A DNA stretch of 64,000 nucleotides from Epiperipatus broadwayi (lineage: Eukaryota; Animalia; Onychophora). Each line of letters opens with the position of its first letter. Within the stretch, counting starts at the first letter, position 1. Below the pieces are notes generated by a model, which saw only the letters and a program-made list of their open reading frames with translations, did not search any database and was not told the DNA's origin. Positions 1 to 13,400 of this stretch are shown piece by piece. The position numbers were made by a program, and so were the translations under genes. The stretch lies in NCBI GenBank assembly GCA_028023455.1, contig JAQFVV010000009.1:496001-560000 (forward strand). Direction: 5' to 3'.

Positions 1-1056
1 CAATTTTCATGTACTTGATTAATCCCACAAAATATTTTAAGTCTCTAACAAAGAACTATATCTTATATGTCAAAAAACTAAGAATCTTAATAATTTAAAT
101 ACTGATAATTTAAATATTGATAAGTTTTGACACAGTGAATTTCTAGAACTAACACAAGTCTTACTGGAACATGATGTTTATGGAATTTAAATAGATTATA
201 AAGATATGAAATTTTACTAAAACATAATGTCAACCTATTTTTTTCTAAATCGGATTGGATATCTGTGATAAATTTTGAATAATGCTTGTAGTTTTGTTTT
301 TGTAACCAATAAATAATTTTTTGTATCGAGTTGCTATAAAGAGCTTTTATTATCATAATTTGTATTATTATTACAACTGTAGCATTGCCCTTGTCAGCAA
401 AATCAGGAATAATTTGGTTATAGATTTGTATTAATTTGAGAAATTTAATAGCTTTAATGTCAATATAGACAATGTTTGATTTGGGTAGTTGTATTTCTCA
501 AGTGTCCTTTTTATTTTTTAGTGTAAATTTGCTATTTTTTTTAGAGATAATTTTTGAATGACCTCCTCAATGGTGGGTTGATAACGTTTAATCTTTTCTC
601 CAGAGAAGTTTCATCATTTGTTAAATGTTTAAAACTAAGGATTTTAAGTGATAAAGCTACTAGGTTTATAAATTACTTCTTTTGATGTTCTTTTATTTTT
701 TCATGAAATTTAGAATATGATTTTTCTACTGATTGAAAAAAATTTTGTGAAATGTTCATCACTAAGTTTAATTTTTAGCAAACACTTCTATATTACCAAT
801 GAAATGCAAGGATTGGTATTTAAAAAATCTTTGAATTTTTGTTCTTTCTCTTAATAAAACCTTACTTGCTTCCTTGAGTCATTTTCTCAGCTATCTGGAA
901 GTGAAGTGGGGATTTTACAGCAAGCTTTTAGGGGAAAATCATTATGATTTATATTTTCATAGGAAAATTAGCTGATTTTCTATTTTGGCTAGTTTTAGAT
1001 ATAATTTTTCATAAACATTTAAATAGTAATTAATTTATAGAGTGCACAGATAGGTT

Positions 1057-1385
1057 ATGTAAATAGTCTGAACAGGCACTAATCTGTATTCAATGCACTT
1101 TAAAATTCGCAATAATCAAGCATATTTTGCTGTTAGAGGGATCTTCCAAACCATGACACAAGATAGCGACTTTTATAAAGATAAGAGTGGCTGTCTTATC
1201 TTTAACCTAAATGTCCATTTATATAGGCGAATCTGAAGCATCTTGATTTGGAAGCTGCTCTTATCTTTATAAAAGTCGCTATCTTGGGTCATGGTTTGGA
1301 AGATCCCTCTATTGGCAAAATATGCTTGATTATTGCAAAATTTTAAAGCGCATTAAATACAGGTGTCTGTTCAGACTATAAACAT
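1057..1385. mobile_element. MITE / fold-back element with ~130-bp imperfect terminal inverted repeats
   Basis: The left arm from 1063 (ATAGTCTGAACAGGCAC...TTTTATAAAGATAAGAG) is the reverse complement of the right arm ending at 1379 (CTCTTATCTTTATAAAA...GTGTCTGTTCAGACTAT). The spacer is short and there is no ORF. Confidence 0.8.
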
Positions 1386-1599
1386 TTAAAGTTTGATATA
1401 ATATTGATACATATGATTGCTTTTTATCTGAAAATTTATGGTGATTGCACTTTACTTATAATTATATGTTCAACTACTTCTGTCACCTAGGATTATTTGT
1501 TAAATTTTTTTTTAAAAATCCAAACTTTTATTTAAAATTAATAACAGCACACAAGTAAGTGCATAACACAACATTTTGAGTGCTATTCTGTCCAGTGAG

Positions 1600-1690
1600 A
1601 ATACTAGCATGGCTATCAAACCTGGGACCTTAAGATTTATAAATATTGAATTTAAAGTGATGCTCTAACCAATTAAGATATTCTGTCAAG
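1600..1690 (-). mobile_element. Possible degenerate tRNA-derived SINE head
   Basis: The minus strand has an A-box-like ATCTTAATTGGTTAGAGCATC and a B-box-like GGTCCCAGGTTTGATAGCC at tRNA-like spacing. Both are degenerate. Confidence 0.4.
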
Positions 1691-1734
1691 AGCATCATTG
1701 AACAGAAATTTGATATAATTATCTTTTGAATCCT

Positions 1735-1960
1735 TTAATTTCTCCATTTTTTTTCAAAGGCAAGATTAAAGAATGATTTATAAACATTGTGGATTATCAC
1801 ACTGGATTGACTTATGGAGTTATTTGCCATTATCATGCATGTAACTTCTTTAAATTTTCTTTTTTTTTCCTCTAAAATTTTTATGTTTTCCCAATCAAAC
1901 AAGTTATTATTGCTACATGCACGGATGATCACTTTATAAATACATCTGTATTTCTATCTC
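1735..1960 (-). mobile_element. Penelope-like element 3' fragment (end of GIY-YIG domain), inverted relative to the adjacent RT
   Basis: ORF 1735-1932 contains FDWENIKILEEKKRKFKE, which resembles the C-terminal FDWxNxKIL...KR...E motif of Penelope GIY-YIG domains. Confidence 0.6.
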
Positions 1961-1989
1961 TTTAATCATTATTTTGTGCTCTTTTAATC

Positions 1990-3310
1990 ATTTTTAAATA
2001 TAATGGCAAAAACTGAGGAAATTATTCAAAAACTGAATGTAAAAGAAGCAGCAGTTACACTTGAGAATAAAAGTAAATAACTTGAGAGATATTAACAATC
2101 CAAATCAAACATTACCTATATTGAGAGGAAAGCTATTAAATCTCTCAAACTAGACAAATCAATACTCATTCACCCTGACTATGCTGACAAGGGCAATGCT
2201 ACAGCTGTAATAGTATTAGAGATTATATCAAAATAAGAGAGTTCTTCACAGAAAGTCAATACAAAAAGGTGGGAAAAATCCTATACCAGTTCAGAAACAA
2301 AACTATAAGCACTATTCAGAAAATGTCACAGCTATTTCACTTGATTCACAAAAAAATATACTTCAGCAAAATTCCACATTTGTCGCTACATAAAATCTAT
2401 AAGGACCATATTTCATTAGCACCTATTGTTAATTCTAGAAATTCACTATTTCAAAACTTGTCAGAATTTCTTATTAAGGTTTTTAATCCTTTGTTAGAGA
2501 TTCTAAGTATTTTGTGGAATTGATCAAAAATATGAAAAGTGAAAAAATGTATTGGTATGTTTTGATGTAAAAAGCTTATTCTTAAATATATTTTGTGATG
2601 AAATATTGTCTACTGTAAGAAATAATATTTGAATAAAAGAATAATATATATATACTGAACCTTAGATATATTTAGAAGGGACTTGAACATCATTTATATT
2701 TTTCACATGTAAGTGATCATGTGTATATAATTATAAGATGGAGTGGATAGTTAAAGGGAAATTAAAAGCGTGCATTCAAATCCCCTTTATTGTAAGGAAA
2801 TGATTAAATGGGGATAATAGCCTGCAAATCAAAATAATTCTTTGTAATAACATAATGGAATGAGACACCATATTTTCAATTCAACACAGAATTCTTCCAA
2901 CAAAATCAAGAGTTAGCTATGGGTTCACCACTGTCATCCCTAATAAAACCTTTACAAAAAAAAAAAATTGAAACGACAATCATAAATACTACTCCATCTT
3001 TACTTAAAATCTCACTTCTATGTCAATGATACATTTAATGTATGGTTAGATAGTGAAGTGCTACTTAAAATATTCTGAACACACATCAAAAACATAATAC
3101 CTTTAAATAAATTCACAATACAATTACAACATGAACAAAAGAAAAATTGGCATTCTTAGATGTTTTCATGGCAAAATAAAAACTAGTCTACAAAAAAAAA
3201 AACCCTACATAGAGAAAAATAGCATATACATACAATTATGACAGAAACATCAAAATTGGAGTTATAATATCACTATGGAAAAAAGCAAAAGAAGTCTTGA
3301 CTCTAGGGGA
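1990..3310 (+). mobile_element. Degenerate Penelope-like retroelement reverse transcriptase
   Basis: PLE RT motifs occur in order across frameshifts: SNITYIERKAIKSLK...ADKGNA, LHKIYK...LAPIVN (ORF 2269-2523), CFDVKSLF, AMGSPLS, FYVNDTF, FLDV and KKPT. Confidence 0.8.
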
Positions 3311-3699
3311 AAAAAATCCTTATATAATTCAGTTTTCATGAAAAATCTCAGGTTCAACTTCCATGCTAGTGCTATCACTGATCAAGCCAACAACATCTGA
3401 AAAATAATAATGCCATTCAAAACCTTTTGTTATATACTAATCTGTATGTTATTACTAACAGTTGAATACAATCGAAAAATTTAAATAAAAGTTGAATTTT
3501 TCTAAGCAAATTTAATTGTTAATTCCAGATAATGAAAACAGTTCAACATATAATTAAAAGCAGAATAATAAATTAAATGTGAATTTCATATTAAATATAG
3601 ATATCTGAAGGCAGAAGTTCAATGACTAATAAGAAGGCTTAAAAATAATTGAAGAATTAAACTGCAAAAATGATAGACATTCGGTGATCATGGTCAATT

Positions 3700-4110
3700 T
3701 AAATTTTCTTTTAAACACTGAAAGTATGATATGGATCTAAAAAAGTCTGACAAACCTACTAAGTCCAGAAATAGTATTCTCTTTATAAAATGACAATATT
3801 TTGAACAGGTGGAACTAGAATTTTGATCATCTTTTGAATATTGATACAAGAATTGAGATGATGACTTTTAATATATACATTTTATCTGCTCATTTAAATT
3901 GGACGAAGATATCCAGCTTAATGAAGTCAAAACAGCTCTTTATAATCTTATATATGGAAAGTCTGCAAGTATTGATGAAATTTCTGGAGAAGATTTAAAA
4001 TATAGTGATGAAATGTTGGTTTAAAAAAATATTAAATTTTTGTGAAATATATTGACCCATGAAGTTGTACAGCCTGATCTTAAGAATGCTTCTATTATTT
4101 CATTTTTTAA
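3700..4110 (+). mobile_element. Degenerate LINE (RTE-like) fragment at the start of RT
   Basis: Remnants LNRW and GKSASIDEISGEDLKY resemble the RW..HF..LLN and GKAPGxDGI..E.LK motifs. Confidence 0.5.
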
Positions 4111-4939
4111 ATGTTTTATTTAAGTTAAAAATTATGTTTGTTTAGGTAATTTTGAAATCAAATATTAAAATAATATACTTTTATCAAATAGATTCTCTTC
4201 AAATTTTGTATGGCTTAGAAACTGATGACAGTGTAATATGACAATGAAATATTTCAGGGTAGTGCCCTCATTTGTTTACTAAAGAAGAGATGGCAGACTA
4301 AATTTCAAATATGTTGATATCAGTTCTGTAAGTTTTCAGTGATGTGTGCAAAAGAGCAGTATTTAAAAAAAAAAAACCAGCTTAGACTAAATTGAAATAA
4401 AAACAAATATTGATTGTAAAAGTTCCCTTTTTAAAAATGTGTGAAATTTTCTTTTCTCTTGATTGTAAAAGCTGATTTTTTAAAAATGCGTTCAAAAACA
4501 AAACAATATTGTAAACAATCTTTAATGCTTGATTTTCCTTTCAAATATAAAGCAGAATGTGACATAGTTTTAATCTCTGTTTTAAATTTTGGATTGGAAT
4601 AATCACAAAAAATGTATGAATATTAAAAAATAACATATATAAGAAATATTTTACAATAAATGCTTTTATTTACTGTATAAATACTAAAAAGAAAATATTT
4701 TACAATAAACACTTTAACCAAAATATAATTATTTCTTCAACCACAATTGAAGTTTTAAGATTTAACTTGAAATAAAAGCTTAGGGTGTCCAAAAATTAAT
4801 TAATTCAATCACTACTTTTATTATAAATATTTTTTTATATATTATTAAAAATAAAGGGAATAGACAATATTGTGGTGATTATTGTGGAATACTATTACTG
4901 ACTATTATAGCAAAAATATTCTAAAGGATTTGTTGAATA

Positions 4940-5425
4940 GGTGGCATCTGGACATAGATGAATGATAACCAGAGACTCAATATGACCTTAAAGAATCAAG
5001 CTTCTTTATAAATATGATTTTGTTATCAGGGAAATGCAAAAAAAAAAAATGTCAGGAACAAAAGTAATTTATATATTACTTTTATTGATTTGGTCAGGGC
5101 ATTGTTTGAAATTAATTGGTTGACCACCAAAATTTATTCATATAATATAGCTTTTATACAATGGAATGAGATAAAATGTTATTTACTCTAGATAGAAAAA
5201 CTGAAGCATTTGACATGAAAATTGGTGTTAATCAAGGATTTATAGTTGCTCCAACATTGTTTTCAATTTTTATGACAGTTGTCTTTATAACTATTTATAG
5301 ACAGCCTAATGAAACAGGAACCAAGATTCAATACAGGTTCAATAATGAAATTTTTAATATGAATGAATTAAAAGCAAAAACAAGAACTTCATCTTCTTAG
5401 ATTCTGGATTTACAAAATGCTGCTA
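4940..5425 (+). mobile_element. RTE-clade LINE RT fragment (second family)
   Basis: Contains LYITFIDLVRA. ORF 5176-5400 has GVNQGFIVAPTLFSIF...IQYRFNNEIFN...LKAKTRT, and the fragment ends at a LDLQNA (LQYADD-like) remnant. Confidence 0.75.
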
Positions 5426-5765
5426 TAGTTATTTTTCTGTAATGAAATACACTATCTTTTAACTTGTTAAAAACAGCAGCAGCACATTGGATTCTGTGTT
5501 GTACCTTAACATCTAAATATCTTTCTACTTATAAAATTACTAAGATGTTTAAATTGGTTTACATTCTTAAGTTGATAACCATACAAGCTTGGCTGATAAT
5601 TTTTTTGAACATTAATTATTAAACAAAAATCTTTAATATTGCATTCAACACATTAACTCCATTCTATAAATTGTCTTTTGAAATGGCAGAAATAACACAA
5701 TTTACAGCATATTGTAAATCCAGAATCCAAAAAAATGAAGTTCTTGTTCTTGCCTTTTTTTTTTA
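5425..5765 (-). mobile_element. RTE-clade LINE fragment, inverted, continuing from the LQYADD region
   Basis: The minus strand reads ILDLQYA...NVNQFKHL...RIQCAAAVFNKL, which is the part of RT downstream of the plus-strand fragment. Confidence 0.7.
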
Positions 5766-5769
5766 AATG

Positions 5770-7140
5770 TTCTTAATCTAATAAATGGTTCATTTGTCAA
5801 AACTTTTTACATTCATAATTCTTAGTCTTACACTATTAAATTTTCTGAATTTTTATTCCAGGATCTACACATTCATTCTTAATTTTTTTCCCAAATTATA
5901 ATCTCAATTAATTATCATGTTATTTTCTGCATAAAAAATTATCAACTTTTAATCTTCATTTTTTAATTCTACTGCAGTATTTCAATAACATATATCTTTA
6001 TGCCAATAAACATCACATGAACATCATCTCTTTATTACAAATTTATTTTTTTATATTTAGTTTCAATTACTTTTTGAAATTTTTCAATACAACATCATGC
6101 CCATTACTCATTATATACACTGAGTAACTGTTAAGTTCTCCAAAATAATTTTCAATCTCATATCTATCATTTGCAGGATCTCTATTTATTAAATTGTCTT
6201 TTACTTTTAATTTGAAGACAATACTTATTCTATTTCCTTTTGTTATCAAACAATAAAGTCATTTTCATCTTGTAGATTTTTTTTTGCACAGAGATTTAAA
6301 ATAACAAATTTCTTTTTTTTTTCTGTTCTAACAATCCATGCACCAAATCATTACTTTTTCAATCTAAATGCTTTGGAATTTATGTGCTTTATGCACATGA
6401 ACAAAACTGCCAGAATAGCATTCATTTGCTTTTCCAATTGCATGTCCATTTGTAAATCTGAAACAACTTTTATTTTGCATCATTAAAAATTCATAAATCT
6501 GTCTGCCATTTACAAAACTAATTAGCTATATTAATAACTGCACATGATTATTAAGACTAATTATAAGACTACATACTAGGAATTAATATAATTACACTCT
6601 TAGCATTATAAATACTATAAGGCCATTGTTTGCATTAATGAATTATTTGTTTTCTGTATAAAGTTAATTAATAATATTTAAATAAGATATAGAGAAATAT
6701 TATCATTTATCATGCCAAAAACGTCTTTTGATAATCATCAATAAATTCTTTAAGTAATTGGAAAAAGTAAATAATTTTTTGCTTAACCATATTTTAATGC
6801 TTTCATTTATTAACAGTTTTCATTATATCACTGTTTTTATTCTGTAATCTTTACATCAGAAAATAGTGGCTTTGAAATAGTAATTTAACTCAAATTTTTC
6901 AGTTTGGAAAGCACTTTTGTTTTCTTAGTTATTAAATGATCAGATTATATGTTATCCACAATTGTTAATTGTTCCATTGTAAATTTAAACCTCAGGTTTT
7001 GATCTTCAACCTTTAGTGACAGAGACAATAAATGTAATTTGATGAAAAGTTATAATCTGTCCATTATAATTTTGTCATATATTCCAGACATTGATATTTA
7101 TAAGACTGTTAGTCAGAGCTGGAGGAAATTAATGATGATA
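5770..7140 (-). repeat. Old interspersed repeat, copy A, with a LINE endonuclease-like remnant
   Basis: It is the reverse-complement homolog of 11950-13400 (e.g. AAGACTAATTATAAGACTAC vs GTCTTATAATTAGTCTT). ORF 6067-6249 (KVKDNLINRDPANDR) resembles an APE domain segment. Confidence 0.65.
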
Positions 7141-7499
7141 ATAATAACTTATTTTGTTTATTTTAATTAATTATTCACCAATTCCAAATAAACAAATTAG
7201 TTTGCATTATTTCAAATATGTACACAAATAAGAATTGAAAGATAAAAATTTGCAAATGATAAGATGGAAAATACGAATCCAGAAAATAAACAAGATATAA
7301 ATAGAGTGAAAAAATTTTTTTCATTTATTCATGGATAAGTTTTTTTTTTTTTAAGATTACCTACAATATTATTTAACTGAAAACTTTGTAAATCAATTTA
7401 TATTGAGTCTTTTAAATATGAATTTCCAATTTTGCCAATGGATATTTTAGTATCAGAAATAAAACAATGAAACAAATCTAAAATAATATATCTTCTTCG

Positions 7500-8520
7500 A
7501 GTTCTACATTGACTTTGTAATAATTTGGAAATTCTAGTATATATATATAATGGAACTTATAATATCATAAGAAGTTTTAACTCGCTTAAATTTATTTCTA
7601 TCAACATAACATTCATGAATAGCAGTAGTCACTCGTAAATAACTACAGCCATTCAATTGTTTTGCAATGACTATACAAACTAATCTGGGAAACACAAATA
7701 CAACTACATATAGAAGATGCTAATCCATTTATTTGATATATTGTGATGCTGTTTTTTAATTTCTTCAGAAAACTTTAATACTTTCATTCTGTCTAATTGT
7801 AGTTCTCCAACATATTCTATCCTCTGCAATATCTTCCCAATGGAAACCAATAATATTGCACTATTTAGAATGTCTTTGTGATAAATCTTATGAGTAGTCT
7901 ACCTATTCCATGAAAATCATGCTTAAATTGCCAAAACACTCTTTTAAGAAAGCCTTGCATTATTTGTTTTATATGTTCAATCCAACAATGTGATTATAGG
8001 AATGCCTGTATTTCAAATAATGGATTGTATAGTATCACATCTAGCAAGTTAAATAACATTGATTAGTTTCAGGATCTCGCTATTGTATTTTTAACATTTT
8101 ACAGAGCATCCTTAAATAAATGTTTTCAAATGCTTTTATATTGTGACAATAGGGTGTCCAAGTTTCACTTCCATACAATAAATAAGATTAAATAACAATT
8201 CTATATATAGCTAGCTTAGTTGCAAGTTATTTTTCTGTGATGAAATACCCTATCTTTTAATTTGTTAAAAATAGCAGCATCATATTAGATTCTGTATTGT
8301 ACTTAAATATCTAAATCCACCTTTTTACTTATAAAATTACCAAGATATTTAAATTGGTTTATATTCTCAAGTTGATAACCATCCAAGCTAAAAGTTGCAA
8401 AAGATTTTTTTGTGATAATTTTTTTGAACATTTAGTTATTAAACCAGAATCTCTAAATGTTACATTCAAAGCATTAACTCCATTCTATAAATTATCTTTT
8501 GCAATGGCAGCTATATTTTT
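7500..8520 (-). mobile_element. RTE-clade LINE 3' fragment (same family as 5425-5765)
   Basis: 8230-8520 is clearly homologous to 5430-5700 and to 24775-24910. Confidence 0.7.
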
Positions 8521-8899
8521 ATATTTATGTATGTATAATTAAGAGCACTCCATTATTCCTAATATATATATAATTACTGCCAGTTTCTAACCATTGAATA
8601 TTACAAGCATTATTTGTGATAAATTTAGTATTAACAATAGAGCTTCTGTGGTTTAAACCAAATTATTTTTTTTATTATTATTAATCATATTTTTAAAAGT
8701 CTTGCAATTATTAGAACTTCCAACCCTATTATTGGAATAAAAATGACAATTTAAATACTTTAGCTTTAAAAGTTTATTGACAGTTGTTCATAGTTAGACC
8801 ACTGCTATGTTTCAATAACTTCTTTTTAATCATTTTATTTTATAAGGCAAGAAATGCCATTCAGAAATAAATTTCTCAATTACCTTAAGTTTAATCATA

Positions 8900-9900
8900 T
8901 TTTAAAACATCATTTTTAAAAGAATTGTTATTATTTGTGATTGGTTACATAATATCTGAATATTTTGACTTGATACTTAATTTTCTGGTCTAATCTTGTA
9001 CTGGGGTAGTCTGATATTCTTATATACAGGCTATAAAATTCATATTTATAAATATATCAATGTAATATCTAAAGTCAGCAATTCAGGAAATTCCCCCTCA
9101 AAATTAAAAGTTTTAAAATCCGATGGCATAAAAAAATTCCCCACTTGCTTATTATATTAATATATTTTGGTATGGATTTTATATATATTGTTTTCAAACT
9201 TTTACCTATTTTATTTCACTTTCTTCTTTTGCAATTAAAGTTATCTTCAATTCTTTATATAAATGAATGTGATTTTCCAAAAATCTGTATGATTTTTCAC
9301 AATGATTTGCTTTGATGCAAAAAATTCACCATTAAATTGTATTTTTTAATAGATATATAATATTTTTTTTGCACTAATTTTGCTTTTGATATAAATTAAA
9401 ACAATTACTAAGCAATGCCATATTAATACAATGAACAAGTATCCTCATTTTATAGTGCATTATCTCAGGATACAAAGTCATTGTGATGTGTACTTTCACT
9501 GGTGCATGCTGTCAATATCAAGGTAATAGATAAATAAAGTACTTAATATAGGTTTTTAAAAGTATGTGGAATCACTAGAGGATTGTTTGAAATAATGAAA
9601 TTATTTCATTAGTAAACTTTCTTCAAGCATTTATAACAGCTTGCAAAGTTTATTTATGTATTTTCAATTTTGGATCCCTATACATATATCATTATGTCCT
9701 ATTTAAATATTATTTCAACTATCAACTCAAATCCAAATGTTTTATTTTTTATATCATTTTGCATAACTCACTAAATTTTTTACAAAAGAAATTAAAGAAA
9801 ATATTTTGTCATTGTCCTTCAAAATATTACTCTAAAGATATAAATGTATAAGCACAAACTATAGGCTATCAATGCAAATTATCAAGCACTAGAATTCTAC
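8900..9900 (-). mobile_element. hAT transposase C-terminal (dimerisation domain) remnant
   Basis: Across frameshifts the minus strand gives TACTSES / FVSLR / NMALLS, which loosely matches the hAT pattern PVTxxxxERSFSxLR...LAxLxI. Confidence 0.45.
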
Positions 9901-10149
9901 AACATTCTTCAAGTAAAAAAAAAAAAAAACTATATCTGAACAGATAGATTCATTAGATTTATAAGTAATACGATTTACGCAGGCTATTAATAAAGCACTG
10001 CACAGCATGATATATTTACAATTTGTCCAGCTAATGCAATGATTGTGTCTTAGTTATAATTGCCCAAAATAAAAATAAAAATTGAATGTTCTTTATTAGA
10101 CACTGTTTACGACAACAAGAGAAGTGCGTTTTAGTATTAAAATTTAATA

Positions 10150-10620
10150 AAATTGTTTGGATAGAGGTTGGTGGATGTACATAATAAACGAATTATGTGT
10201 ATAACACTAACAACAATAATAGTTTGGTAAATACTATGAGAATATTAAAATACCTGGAAGAAATGGCATTTAATAACAACAAGAAATATGAAGAGCTGAA
10301 GTTTTTTTGTGTATTCAATGTGATAGATAATGCATCTAGTATTGCATGGGCACATGACTTGCTAAAAAACTGCAAAGAAATAAATGTGATAATCTATGGC
10401 TCTTCAGGACATTATTAATTTCCAAACATGAAAGAATATGTTGTCAATATTGTTTAGTATTTTGAAAACAATCATTTTGCAAATACTCTCTATAGTTAAT
10501 CATATGCCACAAAATTTAACATGACAGCTGAAACATATTGGAACAGTTTATGTTTTATGTGGATATTTAACATGCAAGCAAATGTTATGTTTAAGAGGAA
10601 TGTTCAAAATATAATTTGGA
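10150..10620 (+). mobile_element. pogo/Tigger-like DDE transposase remnant
   Basis: ORF 10197-10418 has VFNVIDNASS...INVIIY (like LDNAxxH...IxVxFLP). ORF 10521 has TAETYWNSLCF (like TxxEFWK). Confidence 0.4.
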
Positions 10621-11949
10621 TTTTGAAGTCTAGAGTCGAAACATTCGATAAGGCACAAAAAAGTTATATATCTCTCAGATATGTGAACATTCATATGACA
10701 ATAATGACTTCGATATTTATCATGGAAATAAATTAAAATATATATATATAGGATGTGACACAAGATGAGAACATTAAGAAAAAATTTATAACTGATATAA
10801 TTTAGCTTTAACACCAAATCATTTTCTTGCTTTTATGCTTGATTCAAAACTAATTAATAATATTAAATTTCAATTAAATGAAGATGAGGAAAAATTGGGA
10901 TTTCATTTTGCAAGCTCAAAGTTTAAGTGAAATATTTTAATGCCATTAATAATGAAGTTCTAGGCACAAGTTCCAGCAATCCAAAAATAATTTTTCAATG
11001 TGATGTTGTAATGTGAGTTTATAAATGGTGGAAGACAAAAAAAAAAAAAAAAAGCACAAGTGAAAAAGTTAAACTTAAAGAATTACTCTTTAGTGAAGAA
11101 TTTCTGATTACTCAACCATCCTGAGTTAATGTAAAAAGATTTTTCCTGTCTACTTTTGGTTTAGTTCACTCAAAACTTACGTAAATTATCCATTTATTTG
11201 TAAAATCTATGGTTTTCTGCTTGTGTGTAGTAATATCCATGAAATTAATCAAACTATCTTGTTTTAATCAAAATGTTTAATGCTACTACTACTTGTTTAA
11301 TCTTTTTGTGTGTGTTTCTCTGAAAAATGATTTTGCATTATTTATTCAGATTTAATTATCTAAGATAAATATGACTAAATACCCTGGGTAGTTTAATATA
11401 GTAGTAGAGTGGTGGACTATAATGCTCAAGGTCCATGGATCATACATCAGTGTATTATTTCCAATGTTCAAATTTAAGCAATAAACTATTCAATTTGGTT
11501 TGTCATAATGTGAATGGCAGACTCTGGATCTTAAGATCTCTGGACTGTGCCTGGCTCTATCACTTATAGTGTTAGTACTTCTTATGATCTTTTGAGCAAT
11601 AAACCATTGATTTTTTTCTTTTTTTTTAGTAGACTAATGCTTAACATTAACTTATTATTTTTAGTTTTATCTATTTTTGAATTTCTTTTATACATTTTAT
11701 TTATTATGTATAATCTACATATATTCAGGATTAATAAGAATAATAAGTAGTTAAGAAGAGTGTGTGTGCTTTATTGAAAGATATATGAAAGCCTAATAAT
11801 TTTGAATTGTTAATGTTAGAAAACATTAAAATATGGTTAATCAAACTTTCTAATACATAAAGTAATGTTTCATGATATTGATATAATAAACAATATTTTA
11901 TCATAAAATCATTAATGGGAAAAAAAGCCCTGTTTTCCCCCAATCCTGA

Positions 11950-13400
11950 ATAAAAGTCTTACAATTATCAATGTCTGGAAGTCTGACAAAAATTATAATA
12001 GTATTATTTGTTTTACTGGTTTCATAGTTGTTAACAACAGATTACTTTACATCAAATTATATGTATTGTCTCTGTCACTAAAGGCTGAAGGTCAAAACCT
12101 GAAGTTTAAAATTACAATGAAGCAAATAACAGCTGTGATAATATATAATATGATCATCGAAAAACTAAATTAAAAAATGGTGCCTACCAAATTGAATTTT
12201 TTTAAGCTAAACTACCATTTCAAAATCATTATTTTCTCAAGTAAATATTGTAGTATAAAAGCAATGATGCAATGACTGTGAATAATTTTAAGTAGCATTA
12301 AAATATGGTTAAGCAAAAAATTATTTACATTTTTTCCAACTACTTAAAAGAATTTATTGATGATTATCAAAAGAAATTTTTTGGCATGATGAATGACAAT
12401 ATTTCTCTATATCTTATTTAAATATTATATAATTCCATTTTATATAGAAAACAAACAATTCTTAATGCAAACAATGGTCCTTTAACATATAGATAGTCTT
12501 ATAATTAGTCTTAATAATCATGTGCAGTTATTAGTATAGCTAATTAATTTTCTAAATGGCAGATAGATTTATGAATTTTTAATGAAGCAAAATAAAAGCC
12601 GTCTCAGATTTACAAATGGACAAGCAACTGGAAAAGCAAATGAATGCTATAATGGCAGTTTTGTTCATGAGCATAAAGCACATTAATTCCAAAGCATTTA
12701 AATTGAAAAAGTAATATGATTTGTGCATGGAATGTAAAAACAGAAAAAAAAAAAGACAAATTATTTTAAATCTCTGTGAAAAAAGGCTGCAAGATGAAAA
12801 TGTGTTTGTTGTTTTGGTAACAAAGGGAATATAAAGAATAGGTGTTGTCTTAGAATTAAAAGTAAAAGACAATTTAATAAATAGAGATCCTGCAAATGAT
12901 AGGTCGTTGATGGTGAGATTGAAAGTTATTCTCGAGAACTTAAGTTAGACAGTGTATATAACAAGTAGTGGGCATAATAATCTTGGATTGAAAAACTTGA
13001 AAATAAATATAAAAAATAATTTTGTAATAATGATATATAAGGTATTAGAATACTGCAGTAGAGTTAAAAAATGAAGATTAAAAATTGATAACTTTTTATA
13101 TAGAAAATAATATGGTAATAATGAATATATAATTTAAAAATAATAAAAATATTTATATATTAACCGAAAATACAATTAGGAAAGAGAATTGAGAATGAAT
13201 GGGCAAATCCTGGAATAAAAATTCAGAAAATTTAATAGTGTTAGCTAAATATTATGAATGTAAAAAGTTTTGAAAAATTGACCATTTAAAAAATTAAGAA
13301 CATGCAATAAAAAAAAAAAAAAACGTACTTGCAAAAATAAGTAAAAAATATCAAGACACATGGGTAATGTAAATTTAAATAAAAGGTGAAAAATATTTAA
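11950..13400 (+). repeat. Old interspersed repeat, copy B (inverted homolog of 5770-7140)
   Basis: Extended reverse-complement similarity to copy A, with an ICAWNVKT endonuclease-start-like remnant. Confidence 0.65.

Noticed and set aside
11380-11600. Possible tRNA or tRNA-derived SINE
   Set aside because: The A/B boxes are too degenerate and no cloverleaf could be drawn.
5770-13400. Two ~1.4-kb inverted homologous blocks as giant TIRs of one element
   Set aside because: They are visibly diverged, contain LINE-like remnants and have no matching outer termini or TSD. Two independent old copies explain them better.
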